Shown: positions 48,430 through 58,673 of the stretch, in pieces
Position numbering within the stretch: the stretch's first letter is position 1
Layout: every line of letters starts with the position of its first letter
IMG/VR virus record: IMGVR_UViG_3300046713_000279
From: an uncultured virus (IMG/VR IMGVR_UViG_3300046713_000279)
Lineage: Duplodnaviria; Heunggongvirae; Uroviricota; Caudoviricetes
Length of the DNA stretch: 64,000 bases
Direction: 5' to 3' (one strand)
Translations under genes and position numbers: made by a program
Notes under the pieces: generated by a model
Seen by the model: only the letters and a program-made list of their open reading frames with translations
The model's database searches: none
Told to the model about the DNA's origin: nothing

Positions 48430-48909
48430 CTAGCCCACCTTTCCACTGGAAAGCATCGTCGCGGCTCCGGCCGGAACAACGCCCGAGGCGGCGCCCGCCA
48501 GACCCGTGAGAGTCTCGAGCCACGGGTAGGCCTCGACGACCATGCTGACCGGGTTCACGCCTGTCGCCGCGATGTAAAGCCGGTTGCCCTTGGCGATGTC
48601 GAAGAACGTGGCCCTTCCGGTCTCGAGCAGTTGGCCACGCCCTGAGAGCACCGGCGTCAGGTTGGCGTGCTGTCCCACGGCGACTGGGCCGGCCGTCTTC
48701 AGCGTGAGCGTCACCCTGGCCCACATTCGATCACCGTTGTAGAGCACGAACGACCCGCCGGCCTTGGTGAGGTAGGTGCTGACCTCGATCCGGTTCTCGG
48801 CCCCGCCGGTGGTCACCGCAGGTGCACGAACTTGCGCCACCGAGGGATGCAGGGAGACTGGCGCGAGCTTGCCGCCGCCAACGGGGACTCTGGAGGGTGG
48901 TACTGGCAC
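48430..48909 (-). CDS. Beta-rich putative virion protein
   Basis: GAGGTG RBS; alternating beta-strand pattern. Confidence 0.6.
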   Translation of the reverse strand: MPVPPSRVPVGGGKLAPVSLHPSVAQVRAPAVTTGGAENRIEVSTYLTKAGGSFVLYNGDRMWARVTLTLKTAGPVAVGQHANLTPVLSGRGQLLETGRATFFDIAKGNRLYIAATGVNPVSMVVEAYPWLETLTGLAGAASGVVPAGAATMLSSGKVG

Positions 48910-48912
48910 AAG

Positions 48913-49647
48913 TCACCTCGTCAGGAGGAAGTACCCGAAGATCAAAGCTCCGGTAACGATGAGGAGAGTACCAGAAAGTGGTTCCGTGAAGTAGGGGAGC
49001 GCATCATCCGGGACGGTGTAGGGCCCTGCGGGCGGGTCGGGGATCAGGATCGGTTGACCGCTCAGGCCGGACGAGACCGCCTGGCCGATGGCCCACTGCC
49101 GGTCGATGTCGATCACTCGGGCGGCAACCTTGGCTGCGCTCTGGGAGCCCAACGGAACGCCGCCGCTCGAGGCGACCCACCGCACGATGTCGTGATAGAC
49201 GTCACCCGTCGTCAGGCCACCCTGCGCCGCCTGAGTGAGTTGCGCGAGCTGGTGCGATCCCGCGCGCCCGACCGCGAACGCCAGCCGCGCCAGCTTCCAC
49301 GAGTCGTCACCGCCGAGCACGACCGAGTCCGGGAGGGCCAAGTACCAGTAGACAGCCTCGAGCTCGTACTCCAGGACCCCGATGGCGATGTTCGACTCGG
49401 GGTCCGAACGAGCGCTGGGGTCGTAGCCGAACAGTGCCGGCACGTACGACGCCACCTGCAGGTATCCGACCTCGCCCAGCGTTGGGTCACCCGGCGAGCC
49501 GAAGTTCCCTCCGCTCTCGTGCAGGATGATCGAGGCGAGCCAGCCCGCTGGCAGACCGCCGCGGTACCGATCGATCCACACGCCAAGCTGGGCGTAAATC
49601 GCCTTCGCGCGCGCCACGTCGCCGTCGAAGTTCGGATCGGTCGCCAC
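48913..49647 (-). CDS. Lysozyme-like/lytic transglycosylase with C-terminal TM anchor
   Basis: ILHESGGN (catalytic ES); GYLQV; DPESNI; C-terminal TM LLIVTGALIFGYFLLTR. Confidence 0.75.
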   Translation of the reverse strand: MATDPNFDGDVARAKAIYAQLGVWIDRYRGGLPAGWLASIILHESGGNFGSPGDPTLGEVGYLQVASYVPALFGYDPSARSDPESNIAIGVLEYELEAVYWYLALPDSVVLGGDDSWKLARLAFAVGRAGSHQLAQLTQAAQGGLTTGDVYHDIVRWVASSGGVPLGSQSAAKVAARVIDIDRQWAIGQAVSSGLSGQPILIPDPPAGPYTVPDDALPYFTEPLSGTLLIVTGALIFGYFLLTR

Positions 49648-49675
49648 GGGCGGAGCGTAGCGCGGCGACCGCGGC

Positions 49676-50260
49676 CTAGTCCAGCGCCGCCATCAGCACA
49701 TCTCGGGCCAAGTTGATGTTCGCCATCTTCTTCGTCGACCCGCCGTGGTCCGGGTGGTGCTTCTTGACGAGGGCGCGGTGCCGCGCCTTGATCTGGTCCG
49801 CGTCGAGCGGGTCGTCCGGCCCGAACCCCATCACCTGCCGAGCGGCCGCCCTGGCCTTGCGGAGATCGGCCTCGGGGTCATGCTGCGGTGAGGCCTGTCG
49901 GTGTCCACCGGCATGCGGGATGTTCCAGTGCCACGGGCGGCCGGCGCCCGACTGCGCGCGCCGGTGTGCCGCGTCTTCTGAGACCCCGGAGATGTCCGGC
50001 CGGTAGTTGCCCCCGATTCCCGCCACCCACTGGTTCAGGAACGCCTCAGCGGCCCCCAGCGTCGCCTCGCCGTTGATGGGTCTGCCCTGCAGCCAGTCGC
50101 TCACGGTATCCAGCAGCACGCGCACCGGGGGCTTGGGACGGGCCAGTTCGGCCATCGCCAGGCGGTGGGGCCTGCAGAGCGGCGGGTCGCCGTCGCCGTC
50201 CATCGGGCAACGCCGGGACCCCTCTTTGTAGGTGCACCGCTGGGTCTTCGGACGCGCCAT
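49676..50260 (-). CDS. C-terminal J-domain protein with N-terminal CCCH finger
   Basis: IKARHRALVKKHHPDHGG..MANINLARDVL. Confidence 0.8.
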   Translation of the reverse strand: MARPKTQRCTYKEGSRRCPMDGDGDPPLCRPHRLAMAELARPKPPVRVLLDTVSDWLQGRPINGEATLGAAEAFLNQWVAGIGGNYRPDISGVSEDAAHRRAQSGAGRPWHWNIPHAGGHRQASPQHDPEADLRKARAAARQVMGFGPDDPLDADQIKARHRALVKKHHPDHGGSTKKMANINLARDVLMAALD

Positions 50261-50266
50261 GGTGGA

Positions 50267-50716
50267 TCAGAGGATGGCGCCGCCGACCCTCACCGGGGCC
50301 CAGCGGAGCTCGCGAGCTGCGCTGGAGAACGCTGCCCGAACCATGACCGGATCCGGCCCAGCGGTCAGCGCCGAAACGCCGGGTGTTGGCGCAGCGACCG
50401 CGGCAATGGCCGCCAGCGCACCAGCGATGGCGCATCGTCCCAGGTTCGACTTCACCGGCGTGAGATCGGCAAGGATCGTCGCCTTGAGGGTGGCGAGGTC
50501 GGGCGGAGTGGTGCCCGAGAGCCACGCCTGCACCCTGGCCGACGCGAAGGTCTCGGCGTCCGCGAGCGCCGCCGGATCGATGCTGCTCGTCTCGCAGTTG
50601 AACGCAGTGACCACACCGGCAGTTGTGGCCTGGCTGGCCTGGGTGCATGCCTGATACATGCCCAGGATGAACACCAGGGCGAGGGGGACCCCTAGAAAGG
50701 CAAGATAGGGCTTCAC
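50267..50716 (-). CDS. Secreted or membrane protein
   Basis: N-terminal signal or TM segment. Confidence 0.55.
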   Translation of the reverse strand: MKPYLAFLGVPLALVFILGMYQACTQASQATTAGVVTAFNCETSSIDPAALADAETFASARVQAWLSGTTPPDLATLKATILADLTPVKSNLGRCAIAGALAAIAAVAAPTPGVSALTAGPDPVMVRAAFSSAARELRWAPVRVGGAIL

Positions 50717-50974
50717 GTGGACTCTTCTTTCTCGGGCGGATCGCCCAGGATGACGATGCTGGGGTTGGGCGCGTTGATGGCCGCAGCACGCGCCTTCTCT
50801 CGCTCGGCGAGGCCGCGGTTCACAGGCGGCACCATGCTCGCCCGACGTTGGTTGTAGTCGTGCGGGATCAGCGGCCGGGGACCGAACACGCCATCGAAGT
50901 CGAGCGGCGGCGCGGTCCACGGATCCATCGAAGAACGCCGCCCCGCCAGATTCTCGAACACGTGAGGCACGGCC

Positions 50975-51274
50975 CTACCCTGCCTTCGGCGGCGTGGCCG
51001 TCGGTGTTGGGGGCGCCGCATTGGCCATGGCGCGAATGAGGCCGCCTAACGCTTCGCCTTGATGTCCGCCGGCCTGCTTGGGTTGAGACGACGCGAGACC
51101 CACAGCACCTGTCACCGTCTTCGCCGCAGCGTACGTGACGAACAGCCACTTGGTGTAGTCGAGCCACTGGTCCACCGTGATGATGCTCATGCCTGTCATC
51201 ACGGTGGCGGCGGCGATGAGCGCGACCGCGACTAAGCCGCGCTCGCTTTTCCAGAGATCCAGGAGAGCTCCCAT
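50975..51274 (-). CDS. Two-TM holin-like protein
   Basis: SERGLVAVALIAAATV...QWLDYTKWLFVTYAA; lies upstream of the lysozyme-like gene. Confidence 0.5.
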   Translation of the reverse strand: MGALLDLWKSERGLVAVALIAAATVMTGMSIITVDQWLDYTKWLFVTYAAAKTVTGAVGLASSQPKQAGGHQGEALGGLIRAMANAAPPTPTATPPKAG

Positions 51275-51404
51275 GTGCGACATCCTCACACGGGCACCGC
51301 TAGATCTCAAGCCGGCGCCGCCGCAGCGAAAGGTTGCGCGACCGGGCCGCACACATCTCGACAGGAAGCCCGGTCGCGCTTTGCGCGGAGGATTCCGCGC
51401 GAAG

Positions 51405-52775
51405 CTACTTGCCCTTGCGCCTCTTGGCGGGCCTGTCCGGCTTGGTGCCGGTGGCGTGGTTGATGTACTGGTGCCACTGCTTGGGCAGTGCCGCCATGTC
51501 CAGGCGGCCGGATGCCACCAGGACGCCCAGGATCACACCCTTCACCAGGTCGTGCGTGGGCGGCTTCTTGTCGGACATCGCTACGATGTCGTCGATGATG
51601 ACGCCCTGCATCGGCTTGGGCCTGGGCGCAGGCTTCGGATCCTGGGTGGGCGGTGCGGACAGCGGGAGATCGGCCTGCTGTTGTTCCTTGACCGCAGCGC
51701 CCTTCTTGCCCTTCTTGGCGTCTCTCGCGGCCTGCTTGTCGGCCTTGTTCTTGGCCTTCGCCGCCGCCTTGTCCGCCTTGTCCTTGTCGCGCTTCGCCTG
51801 AGCGTCGCGCCGGGCGATCTCCTTCTGCTCCTTGGCGGACCGGCGCGCCTCGCCCTTGTCGCCGCCCTGGCGGGCCTCGGTGGCCTTGGCGGCGTGCTCG
51901 TCTTGCTTGTCCTTGTCCTTGACCCCGGCCAGGTCGCGAAAGGTCTCCTCCGAGATCTCGCCGTTGCGCCACCGCTCAAGCAGCTTGGCGCCCGCCGCCT
52001 TGCGGGCAGCAAGGATCTTGGAGACCCAGGACTCGGACCGGCCGATGATGCCCCCGATCGTGGCCATCGTGGTGACAGTGCCGGTATTGGGGTCATTGCT
52101 GGCGCGGAGGCCCTCGGCGCTCACGCTGAGCTCGTAGGCGGACAGCCCCTGGCGCAGGGTGACGATCGCCAGAACCTCTCGCAGGTACCGTTGAGCGAGC
52201 ATCTGAGACCACTCGACCGGCTCGGGCTCCCGGTCGATGACAGGAACGAGCACACCGTCCGCCTGTTTCTCCCCGGCGTACGCGACGCGTGTCGCCAGGT
52301 ACCGCCGCTGGCCGTCCAGCACCAGCTGCTCCACCTTCCTTCCGACCTTGATCTGGACGACGCGAAGCGGCTCGTCAATACCAGCGAACATATTCTTCTC
52401 GTCGGTGACGGTCTTGCGAGCGATGTCGTCCGCAAGCGCTCGGATGTCGGGATCCTCGAGTCCCGTGAAGATGCGAGGGTTCTTCCAGAACTTGCGCTCC
52501 AGGTGGAGTTCCCCCAGGGGGACCCAGCGCCGCTCCTGGGGGCTACCCTCGGGGTGGACGGGGGTGCCGTCCTCGAGCTCGTCGGGTTCCGCAGCCTGGC
52601 TGGTGTCGGCGGCCGGGATCTCGTTGTCGTCTTCCGCCGCCGCGTCCACTTCGACGCCAGGGTCGGGCTCGCCCACCGCTTGCTCCTCCTCGGGCTCGTC
52701 GTCCTCGTAGTGCGTCTCGGTGTCCTCGTACGACTCCTCGCTGGGATCGGGGTCCAGAAACTCGGGGCTGCGCAT
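51405..52775 (-). CDS. ParB-like protein with acidic N-terminus and Lys/Ala-rich C-terminus
   Basis: NPR; IRALADDI; EPLRV; LVLDGQRRYLA; HTH IGGIIGRSESWVSKIL. Confidence 0.8.
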   Translation of the reverse strand: MRSPEFLDPDPSEESYEDTETHYEDDEPEEEQAVGEPDPGVEVDAAAEDDNEIPAADTSQAAEPDELEDGTPVHPEGSPQERRWVPLGELHLERKFWKNPRIFTGLEDPDIRALADDIARKTVTDEKNMFAGIDEPLRVVQIKVGRKVEQLVLDGQRRYLATRVAYAGEKQADGVLVPVIDREPEPVEWSQMLAQRYLREVLAIVTLRQGLSAYELSVSAEGLRASNDPNTGTVTTMATIGGIIGRSESWVSKILAARKAAGAKLLERWRNGEISEETFRDLAGVKDKDKQDEHAAKATEARQGGDKGEARRSAKEQKEIARRDAQAKRDKDKADKAAAKAKNKADKQAARDAKKGKKGAAVKEQQQADLPLSAPPTQDPKPAPRPKPMQGVIIDDIVAMSDKKPPTHDLVKGVILGVLVASGRLDMAALPKQWHQYINHATGTKPDRPAKRRKGK

Positions 52776-53315
52776 CGGTCGATCTCCTATCGGTGGTGGG
52801 GAAGCAAGAGTTGGCAGGGCCCACGGCGATGAGGGGGAGCCGTGGTCCTTTGCGTCGGCGGTGGGGTGCTACCGCTTCGTGGGCTACTGCCATTGCCGGC
52901 CCTTGGCGACTTACCACCTCGGGCAAGGAATCATCTCGTCACCCCTCATCTCGTTGCTGAACATCATGCACATCAGGCTTTCCACTGGCAAGGCCTGGGA
53001 ACGTCTCCTCACATGGACTGGTCGACCTGGCTACCTCCACGACCAACGCCCACGAGCCGGTCCAGACGTCGGCATCGTCTGGGACTCCGGCGAGTCGCAG
53101 GGCGTACGACCCCGACCGCCAGAACTACAGCGTCTCGCTGCGCAGCGATCCCCGAGCCCTGACGGCCCTGCTCAAGGTTCTGCCCGAGAACATCGCCCCG
53201 CTTCCGCTGGTCTGGGTCCACCTGGACGGCCTGCTCACGCGCCCGGTCTGCTGAGTTTTCCAGCGGCATCCCCACGGCCATGCGTGATACCGTCCTCATC
53301 TTCTAGGAGGATGAC

Positions 53316-54341
53316 ATGCCGTTCGCAGGAACACCGATCGTCACACAGGTAAGCGACAACCTGTGCAGGATCACGGGGGTCTCTGTTCTGGGATCTCAGA
53401 CTGGCTCGATCGGTCTGCACGAATTTCCGGTGACGGGCATCGGGACGCGCCCGGACATTCGGTTGCCGGCGTCGTTCCGCCCTCGCACGTACGAGTACGG
53501 CAACGCGGCGGCCCATCTGGTATCGCTGCAGGACTCGATTCAGGTGTGGTCGAACTACGTCGAGCCGGGCGCCATCATCGCGCCCGTCCTGATCCAGAAG
53601 GACGGGACCACGCCCGAAGCTTTCGTGGCCATCTTCGCCTATCCGGTGTCGGGGCCATCGACCGTTCTTCGGAACGCTCAGGCGTTCGCGGTGCTCGGCG
53701 GAACCGCCGTGAACAACGTTGGGGCGACGGCGGTCACCGGAGACATCGGGGTGTCCCCAGGGGCCATCGTGACCGGGTTCCCGCCGGGAACCGTCACCGA
53801 CGGGACGATCGAGGTCGACACGCCGCTGGCGCAGCAGGCGCATATCGACGCCACCGACGCTTTTGCCAACCTGGCCGCGCGTACTCCGACGCAGGACCTG
53901 ACCGGCATGAACCTGGGTGGCCTGGTGCTCACGCCGGGGGTCTACAAGTTCACGGGTGCCGCGCAACTCACCGGCGCCCTCACCCTCGACGCGGAAAACA
54001 ACGCGTCGGCGTCGTTCGTGTTCCAGATCGGCACCACGATGACCTTCGACGCCGCGTCCACGGTCGCGCTCATCAACGTGAGCACCCTGAACGTTGCGGC
54101 CGGAAACCTGCTTCTATGGCAGGTTGGCACCACCGTGTCCATTGGTGCCGGAGCAGCGCTCACGGGGTCCATCGTGGCCGCCGGTGACATCACGGCGGGC
54201 GCAGCCGCGACGGTGACCGATGGTCGTCTGCTGTCGCTGGGCGGGGCCGTGACGCTCGATACCGACACGCTGGCCATCCCGCCCGCGCTCGCCGAGGGGC
54301 TGACGACGGGCGAGCTCGAGATCTACGTCGGGTTCCACTGA
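53316..54341 (+). CDS. LEIYV-family protein with inserted ice-binding (DUF3494) domain
   Basis: FAVLGGTAV..TGDIGVSPG..LGGLVLTPGVY..LTLDA..FVFQIG..WQVG..GRLL. Confidence 0.85.
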   Translation: MPFAGTPIVTQVSDNLCRITGVSVLGSQTGSIGLHEFPVTGIGTRPDIRLPASFRPRTYEYGNAAAHLVSLQDSIQVWSNYVEPGAIIAPVLIQKDGTTPEAFVAIFAYPVSGPSTVLRNAQAFAVLGGTAVNNVGATAVTGDIGVSPGAIVTGFPPGTVTDGTIEVDTPLAQQAHIDATDAFANLAARTPTQDLTGMNLGGLVLTPGVYKFTGAAQLTGALTLDAENNASASFVFQIGTTMTFDAASTVALINVSTLNVAAGNLLLWQVGTTVSIGAGAALTGSIVAAGDITAGAAATVTDGRLLSLGGAVTLDTDTLAIPPALAEGLTTGELEIYVGFH

Positions 54342-54386
54342 CCTGCCGTGGACCCGCCTGACCCTCCTCGCGTATGGTCTGGCTCC

Positions 54387-54824
54387 ATGGCATTCCTTGG
54401 AACTCCAATCGGCGAACTCGTCACCCCCAACCTCTTCCGCATCACCGGCGTGAGCCTAGCCGCCCAGGCGTCCGCGACCATCGGACTCGCTGGCGCGAGC
54501 GAAACCCATCCGGCTGGTATCATTCTTCCTCCCGGCTTCCTGCCACCGTCGTTTCAGGGTCAGCCGGTCGATCTGGCATCGGGCATCCGCGTGAGCATCG
54601 CCCCTGTGAGCGGGGCGCCGGGGCCCTTCACGAACCTGCCACCCTCGATCGAGAAGACCGGCGCGACACCTTCGGACTTCCAGATCCTCATCACCAACAC
54701 CAAGGTCGATCTGACCACCCAGACGCTGGAGATCTACGTCGAGTCGCTGTCGTCCGCCGCGGCAGGGGCGCGGACCGTCAACATCATCGGGCCCCTCATC
54801 GGGGGCGACGAGTCCGTCGGCTAG
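54387..54824 (+). CDS. Beta-rich putative virion protein (LEIYV family)
   Basis: MAFLGTP..FRITGVSLAA..IILP..KTG.T..F.I.ITNT...LEIYV. Confidence 0.7.
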   Translation: MAFLGTPIGELVTPNLFRITGVSLAAQASATIGLAGASETHPAGIILPPGFLPPSFQGQPVDLASGIRVSIAPVSGAPGPFTNLPPSIEKTGATPSDFQILITNTKVDLTTQTLEIYVESLSSAAAGARTVNIIGPLIGGDESVG

Positions 54825-54944
54825 ACGGCGCGCTGTGATACCCTAGGCGGATGCGTTTTCACGCAAGTCGAAAGCGCGTGGTCCAGAGATCAGGCAAATC
54901 TCGTACCGGATGCTGGCTGCCACCGTCTTGGCAGGGTCCGGCAT

Positions 54945-55637
54945 CTACGCACCCCCCAACTCGACCTCGGCATCGTGCAGCGCCACGTTGAGCTCTGCAG
55001 CGCGCTCGTGGGTGCCGCCAACGTCGGGGTGAGCGGTGCGGATGTGTTCGCGGTGCCGCTGAGCGATCAGGCGGAGGCACAGGGCGCGGTCGGCGTGGGC
55101 AGATCTCTTGTTGACGCGGTCCACGATGTCGTGACCGGCTCCGCGCGTGGCCCACGCGGGCGACAGATCGCGGAACACATCGCGCCAGGACTTCGTGGGG
55201 CTGGAGGCTTGGTTTGGAGCCATCTCCTGCTCTGCCCCTGGCGGCAGCGCCGCGAACCCCGAGAACGCTCGGGTCACCATGTCCGCCGCGCCCCAGTCGC
55301 CGATCTTCCTGATCGCCTCCACGGTCTTGCCGATGGCGCGCAGGTTGGCGGCAGCGGTGGACCAGCGGTCGCAGGCGAACACGCGCTCCGCGCCATCGAC
55401 AACGCACCAGACCGCGATGCCAGGGTCATCCGCCTTGCCGCTGGCATACGGCAGACCACGGCTGTTCGTAGGCAAGTCGGAGGTTATGACCACGTTGGAG
55501 GCCTTCATCAGGCGGAGATCATACAGGAGGTCCTGGACGCCCTCGGTCAAGGTGACCCTGAACAGGGCGCGCTCTCGCTTGGTGGGGTCGATGCGGGCCC
55601 AGCCAGCGGGCCACTGCAACGGGAAGGGTTGGCGCAT
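54945..55637 (-). CDS. J-domain protein (phage type)
   Basis: PLQWPAGW..; FACDRW; AFSGFAALP; HPDVGG. Confidence 0.8.
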   Translation of the reverse strand: MRQPFPLQWPAGWARIDPTKRERALFRVTLTEGVQDLLYDLRLMKASNVVITSDLPTNSRGLPYASGKADDPGIAVWCVVDGAERVFACDRWSTAAANLRAIGKTVEAIRKIGDWGAADMVTRAFSGFAALPPGAEQEMAPNQASSPTKSWRDVFRDLSPAWATRGAGHDIVDRVNKRSAHADRALCLRLIAQRHREHIRTAHPDVGGTHERAAELNVALHDAEVELGGA

Positions 55638-55915
55638 CACCGCAACTCCGGGAAGCAATGCGGGTGGACGACCTCTTCCGAGCCGTCCTCCATCCGCACC
55701 TTCACCGCCTGGCCCGGCAGATGTCCCAGGTAGGTGACCTTGGTGCCAGCGTGGACCATCGCCCCGCTATCGCTGATGCACGGGCGGTCGCTGGTCATAG
55801 AGAGATCGGCCGAGAAATTGCGTCTCACCGGCACAATGATCGGTCGCACCAGCTTGCGCACCTTTGGCTGCGGAACCTCGCCCTCAGGGGGTGTCTTCTC
55901 GGGATGCTTCGTCAC
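55637..55915 (-). CDS. Hypothetical protein
   Basis: AAGGAG RBS; TGATG overlap. Confidence 0.55.
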   Translation of the reverse strand: MTKHPEKTPPEGEVPQPKVRKLVRPIIVPVRRNFSADLSMTSDRPCISDSGAMVHAGTKVTYLGHLPGQAVKVRMEDGSEEVVHPHCFPELR

Positions 55916-56337
55916 GTCGATCTCCTTTGATGCGCCGCTGCCACGCTGCGGCCTGCGGGTCGGGCCTGGGTCGGTCGCTCTGCCACCGGGCCCGTCCCGT
56001 AGCAGGTCTGTACTTGAGACGCGCCAGCACGAGCACTGTATCCCAGAGGTCGCCCAGAACGCCAGCCAGAGGCCAGAGGACGGCGCGCAGGAACGCCCAG
56101 TAGCTTCTCACCTGATCCCCAACTTCTGCCGCGCGGTGGTCTGGTTCATGCCCCCAATGCGATTCCGCTCGGCGGGGGTCAGGCGCTTGTAGGTAGGGTA
56201 GGTCACCAGACCCATTGTGGCCTTTTCGAGCGTGGCGACGCCCTCCCATGCCACCTGACCGAGCTCGGCCTGGGCGACCAGCGCGGTGACCTCGTCCGGT
56301 ATGACCAGTTCCCACGCCAAGGCGATCGTGTCCACGG

Positions 56338-56706
56338 TCACCGCTCCTTGATGGGGAGCCAGGCGGCGATCTGCCTGTCGATCGGCACAGATGGGTCGGA
56401 CAGGTTGACGATCCAGATCCAATTGCTGCGACGCGCCAACGACGCTGAACCCGTGACGCACTCCTGTCCCGCCGCGATCGAGTCGGCAATCAGATCGGTC
56501 GGAGCGCCCGCCATGAACCCGGCCAGGACGAAGAACCTGGATTCGGCGGGGTGCCGGAGCGTCAGGTCGAAGTCCTGGGTGAGTTGGCGGCCGACCTGGA
56601 CCGGGATCCCGACCATGGTGGCCGAGTCGACCAGCGTTGTCTCGTCATCGACAACGATCGTCTCGTCATCGTGGATGACTGGGATCATGACATTGCGTGT
56701 GCGCAT
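56338..56706 (-). CDS. Hypothetical protein
   Basis: GAGG RBS. Confidence 0.5.
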   Translation of the reverse strand: MRTRNVMIPVIHDDETIVVDDETTLVDSATMVGIPVQVGRQLTQDFDLTLRHPAESRFFVLAGFMAGAPTDLIADSIAAGQECVTGSASLARRSNWIWIVNLSDPSVPIDRQIAAWLPIKER

Positions 56707-57191
56707 ACAACAACCTCGGTGGAAAATGTAGAACAGGACGCACGCAGGAAAGGTGGAGCGAAGTGAGGCGGCCTATCAGCCACTGCGTGGCACGCGGACT
56801 ACCATCGCGCCGTGGAACCACGCCCAGGGCGCACGGCGGTTGATATACGCGGTCGCATGCTTCTCCTGCTGGAATCGCATTGCCTCACCCATCGCCCCCC
56901 CATGTGAGGAACGTGGTCCGCGGAACAGCGATCCGTTGCGGAACTCGATGACGAATGATGGCCGAGGGGCGTTGATGGCGGTCACCTTGCGCACTTCGGC
57001 CAGAGCCTGACGCATGGCGGCCTTCTTCGTGCGCTTGTACCCACAAGGGCCATGCGCACACGCGTACCACCAGCCGATTCGGCGATTATGGAACAGCACG
57101 GATGCGAGCATTTGACCAGTCCCGTCGCCGAGGGTGCCGACGAGGTAGTGATGGCGCCCAGTCCTTCCCCACTTGCGAGAAGAAAAGATCG

Positions 57192-57887
57192 TCACAGCAC
57201 GTACTCCCTGCTCAGACGCCGTCCCGCCCACAGGACGGTCACCAGGGCAGACCGCTCGTAGGTCATCCCTCCGCACTTCTTGCAGGTCCCCCGGTGCTCC
57301 CGTGCCTCGAAGGACACCGCCTCCGCACTGGCGCCCTTCATCCACGGGTGCCCCTGGACCTCGGCGGCGATCTCGTGGATGCGACAGAGGGTGCGGTACT
57401 CCGCTTGCGTGAGGCAGGGGCCCGGCAGGGTCTCCCATGTCACCAGGGCGGACGCGTCCTTGGGGATCTTGGGGACGGGCTGCAAGCACGTCCAGACGCC
57501 GCGGGTGTCGGTGGGGTGCGGGATGTCCGCGAACACCATCGGCCGGCGCTTCTCGAGCATCCCGAACGGCCGGAACAACTCGGCCCGAGCGATGCCTAGG
57601 AGCTCCTCCTCCGGCAGGACGCACTCCGTCCACCGCGTGCGCTGGTCGAACGTGCCGCAGGACCTGACCGTCTCATGCTCCTGCCAAGCGTGGCGGTTGC
57701 CGAGTTCCTCGAGCTCGAGGTCAGACAGTCGGGTGACGTTGACGGTGTGCAGGTGCTCGGGGCGGACCCCGGGCCGGCGCAGCGCGGCGCTCCTGGCCTG
57801 CTGCTCGGCGGAGTCCATGTCGGCGGCGTCGATAGGCAGGCGAAGCCGGAGCGTGATGTCAGCGTGGTAGCGGTTGACGATGGTCAT
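57192..57887 (-). CDS. Hypothetical protein
   Basis: GGAG RBS; C-terminal CKKCG. Confidence 0.55.
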   Translation of the reverse strand: MTIVNRYHADITLRLRLPIDAADMDSAEQQARSAALRRPGVRPEHLHTVNVTRLSDLELEELGNRHAWQEHETVRSCGTFDQRTRWTECVLPEEELLGIARAELFRPFGMLEKRRPMVFADIPHPTDTRGVWTCLQPVPKIPKDASALVTWETLPGPCLTQAEYRTLCRIHEIAAEVQGHPWMKGASAEAVSFEAREHRGTCKKCGGMTYERSALVTVLWAGRRLSREYVL

Positions 57888-57964
57888 GTGGTCTCCATGC
57901 ATGGCTCCAGCGGTCCCGCACGGGCACGTGCACCGCACGTGCCCATAGAGGACGCTCCAGCGAA

Positions 57965-58264
57965 TCAGAGCGACTTGACTCCCCCGACCGCGACGCGGAT
58001 GTCGAACGTGGCCCACGCCTCCTTGCCGGTCCACTTCGCGGTGGCCGGACCGCCGGTGCTCGTGAACCCGCCCTTGCCTAAGGCGGCGACGATGGAGAGG
58101 GCGAGATCGCCCGCCCGCACGAGGTCGTCCGCCTCGATCGGGAAGGTGTGCCAATCGCCCGCCTCCTGGTCGCCCTTGTAGGTGCTCGAGATGCGCTCGG
58201 GGGAGCGGGATTGGAGTTGTGACTCGATGATCGTCCGTGCCATCTGAACTCGGTCGCTTGCCAT
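57965..58264 (-). CDS. Hypothetical protein
   Basis: GGAG RBS. Confidence 0.5.
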   Translation of the reverse strand: MASDRVQMARTIIESQLQSRSPERISSTYKGDQEAGDWHTFPIEADDLVRAGDLALSIVAALGKGGFTSTGGPATAKWTGKEAWATFDIRVAVGGVKSL

Positions 58265-58673
58265 GGTGATCTCCGTTCTGGTTCTGGTGAAAGCCTGAAG
58301 CGGTCCCGCGGAGGCGCGTGTGCAGGCCACGTGCCGCCAGGGGATGCTCAGGCTGCTGCGATGCCGCGCCGCCGGTGGTAGGTCTGGAACCGAGCGGCGC
58401 GCTTGGCCATCGCCTCGCCGTGGTAGGTGTTGAACATCGTCGGTGCCCGTGCGGTGGCACGTGAGGCACTTCCATGTCGGGTAGGTACTCATGGGGCACT
58501 CCAGGCAACGTCAATGAACGCGACGGATGTCGAATCCTGACCTTCGAGCCATACGTGAGCCTGATGAAACGCCCACGTCGGATCCGCTGGTGTGCCAGCG
58601 TGACCCTTGCGCTCCTCCCATCTGCGCAGCGGGCGCACTGGCATCCCGTAGCGGTTATGGGGGTAGCGCGGCA

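Noticed and set aside
51177..52832. Long antisense ORFs (for example 51177-52832 +, 33537-34796 +, 44108-45244 -, 11635-12801 -)
   Set aside because: These are shadow frames of well-supported genes, as expected at high GC.
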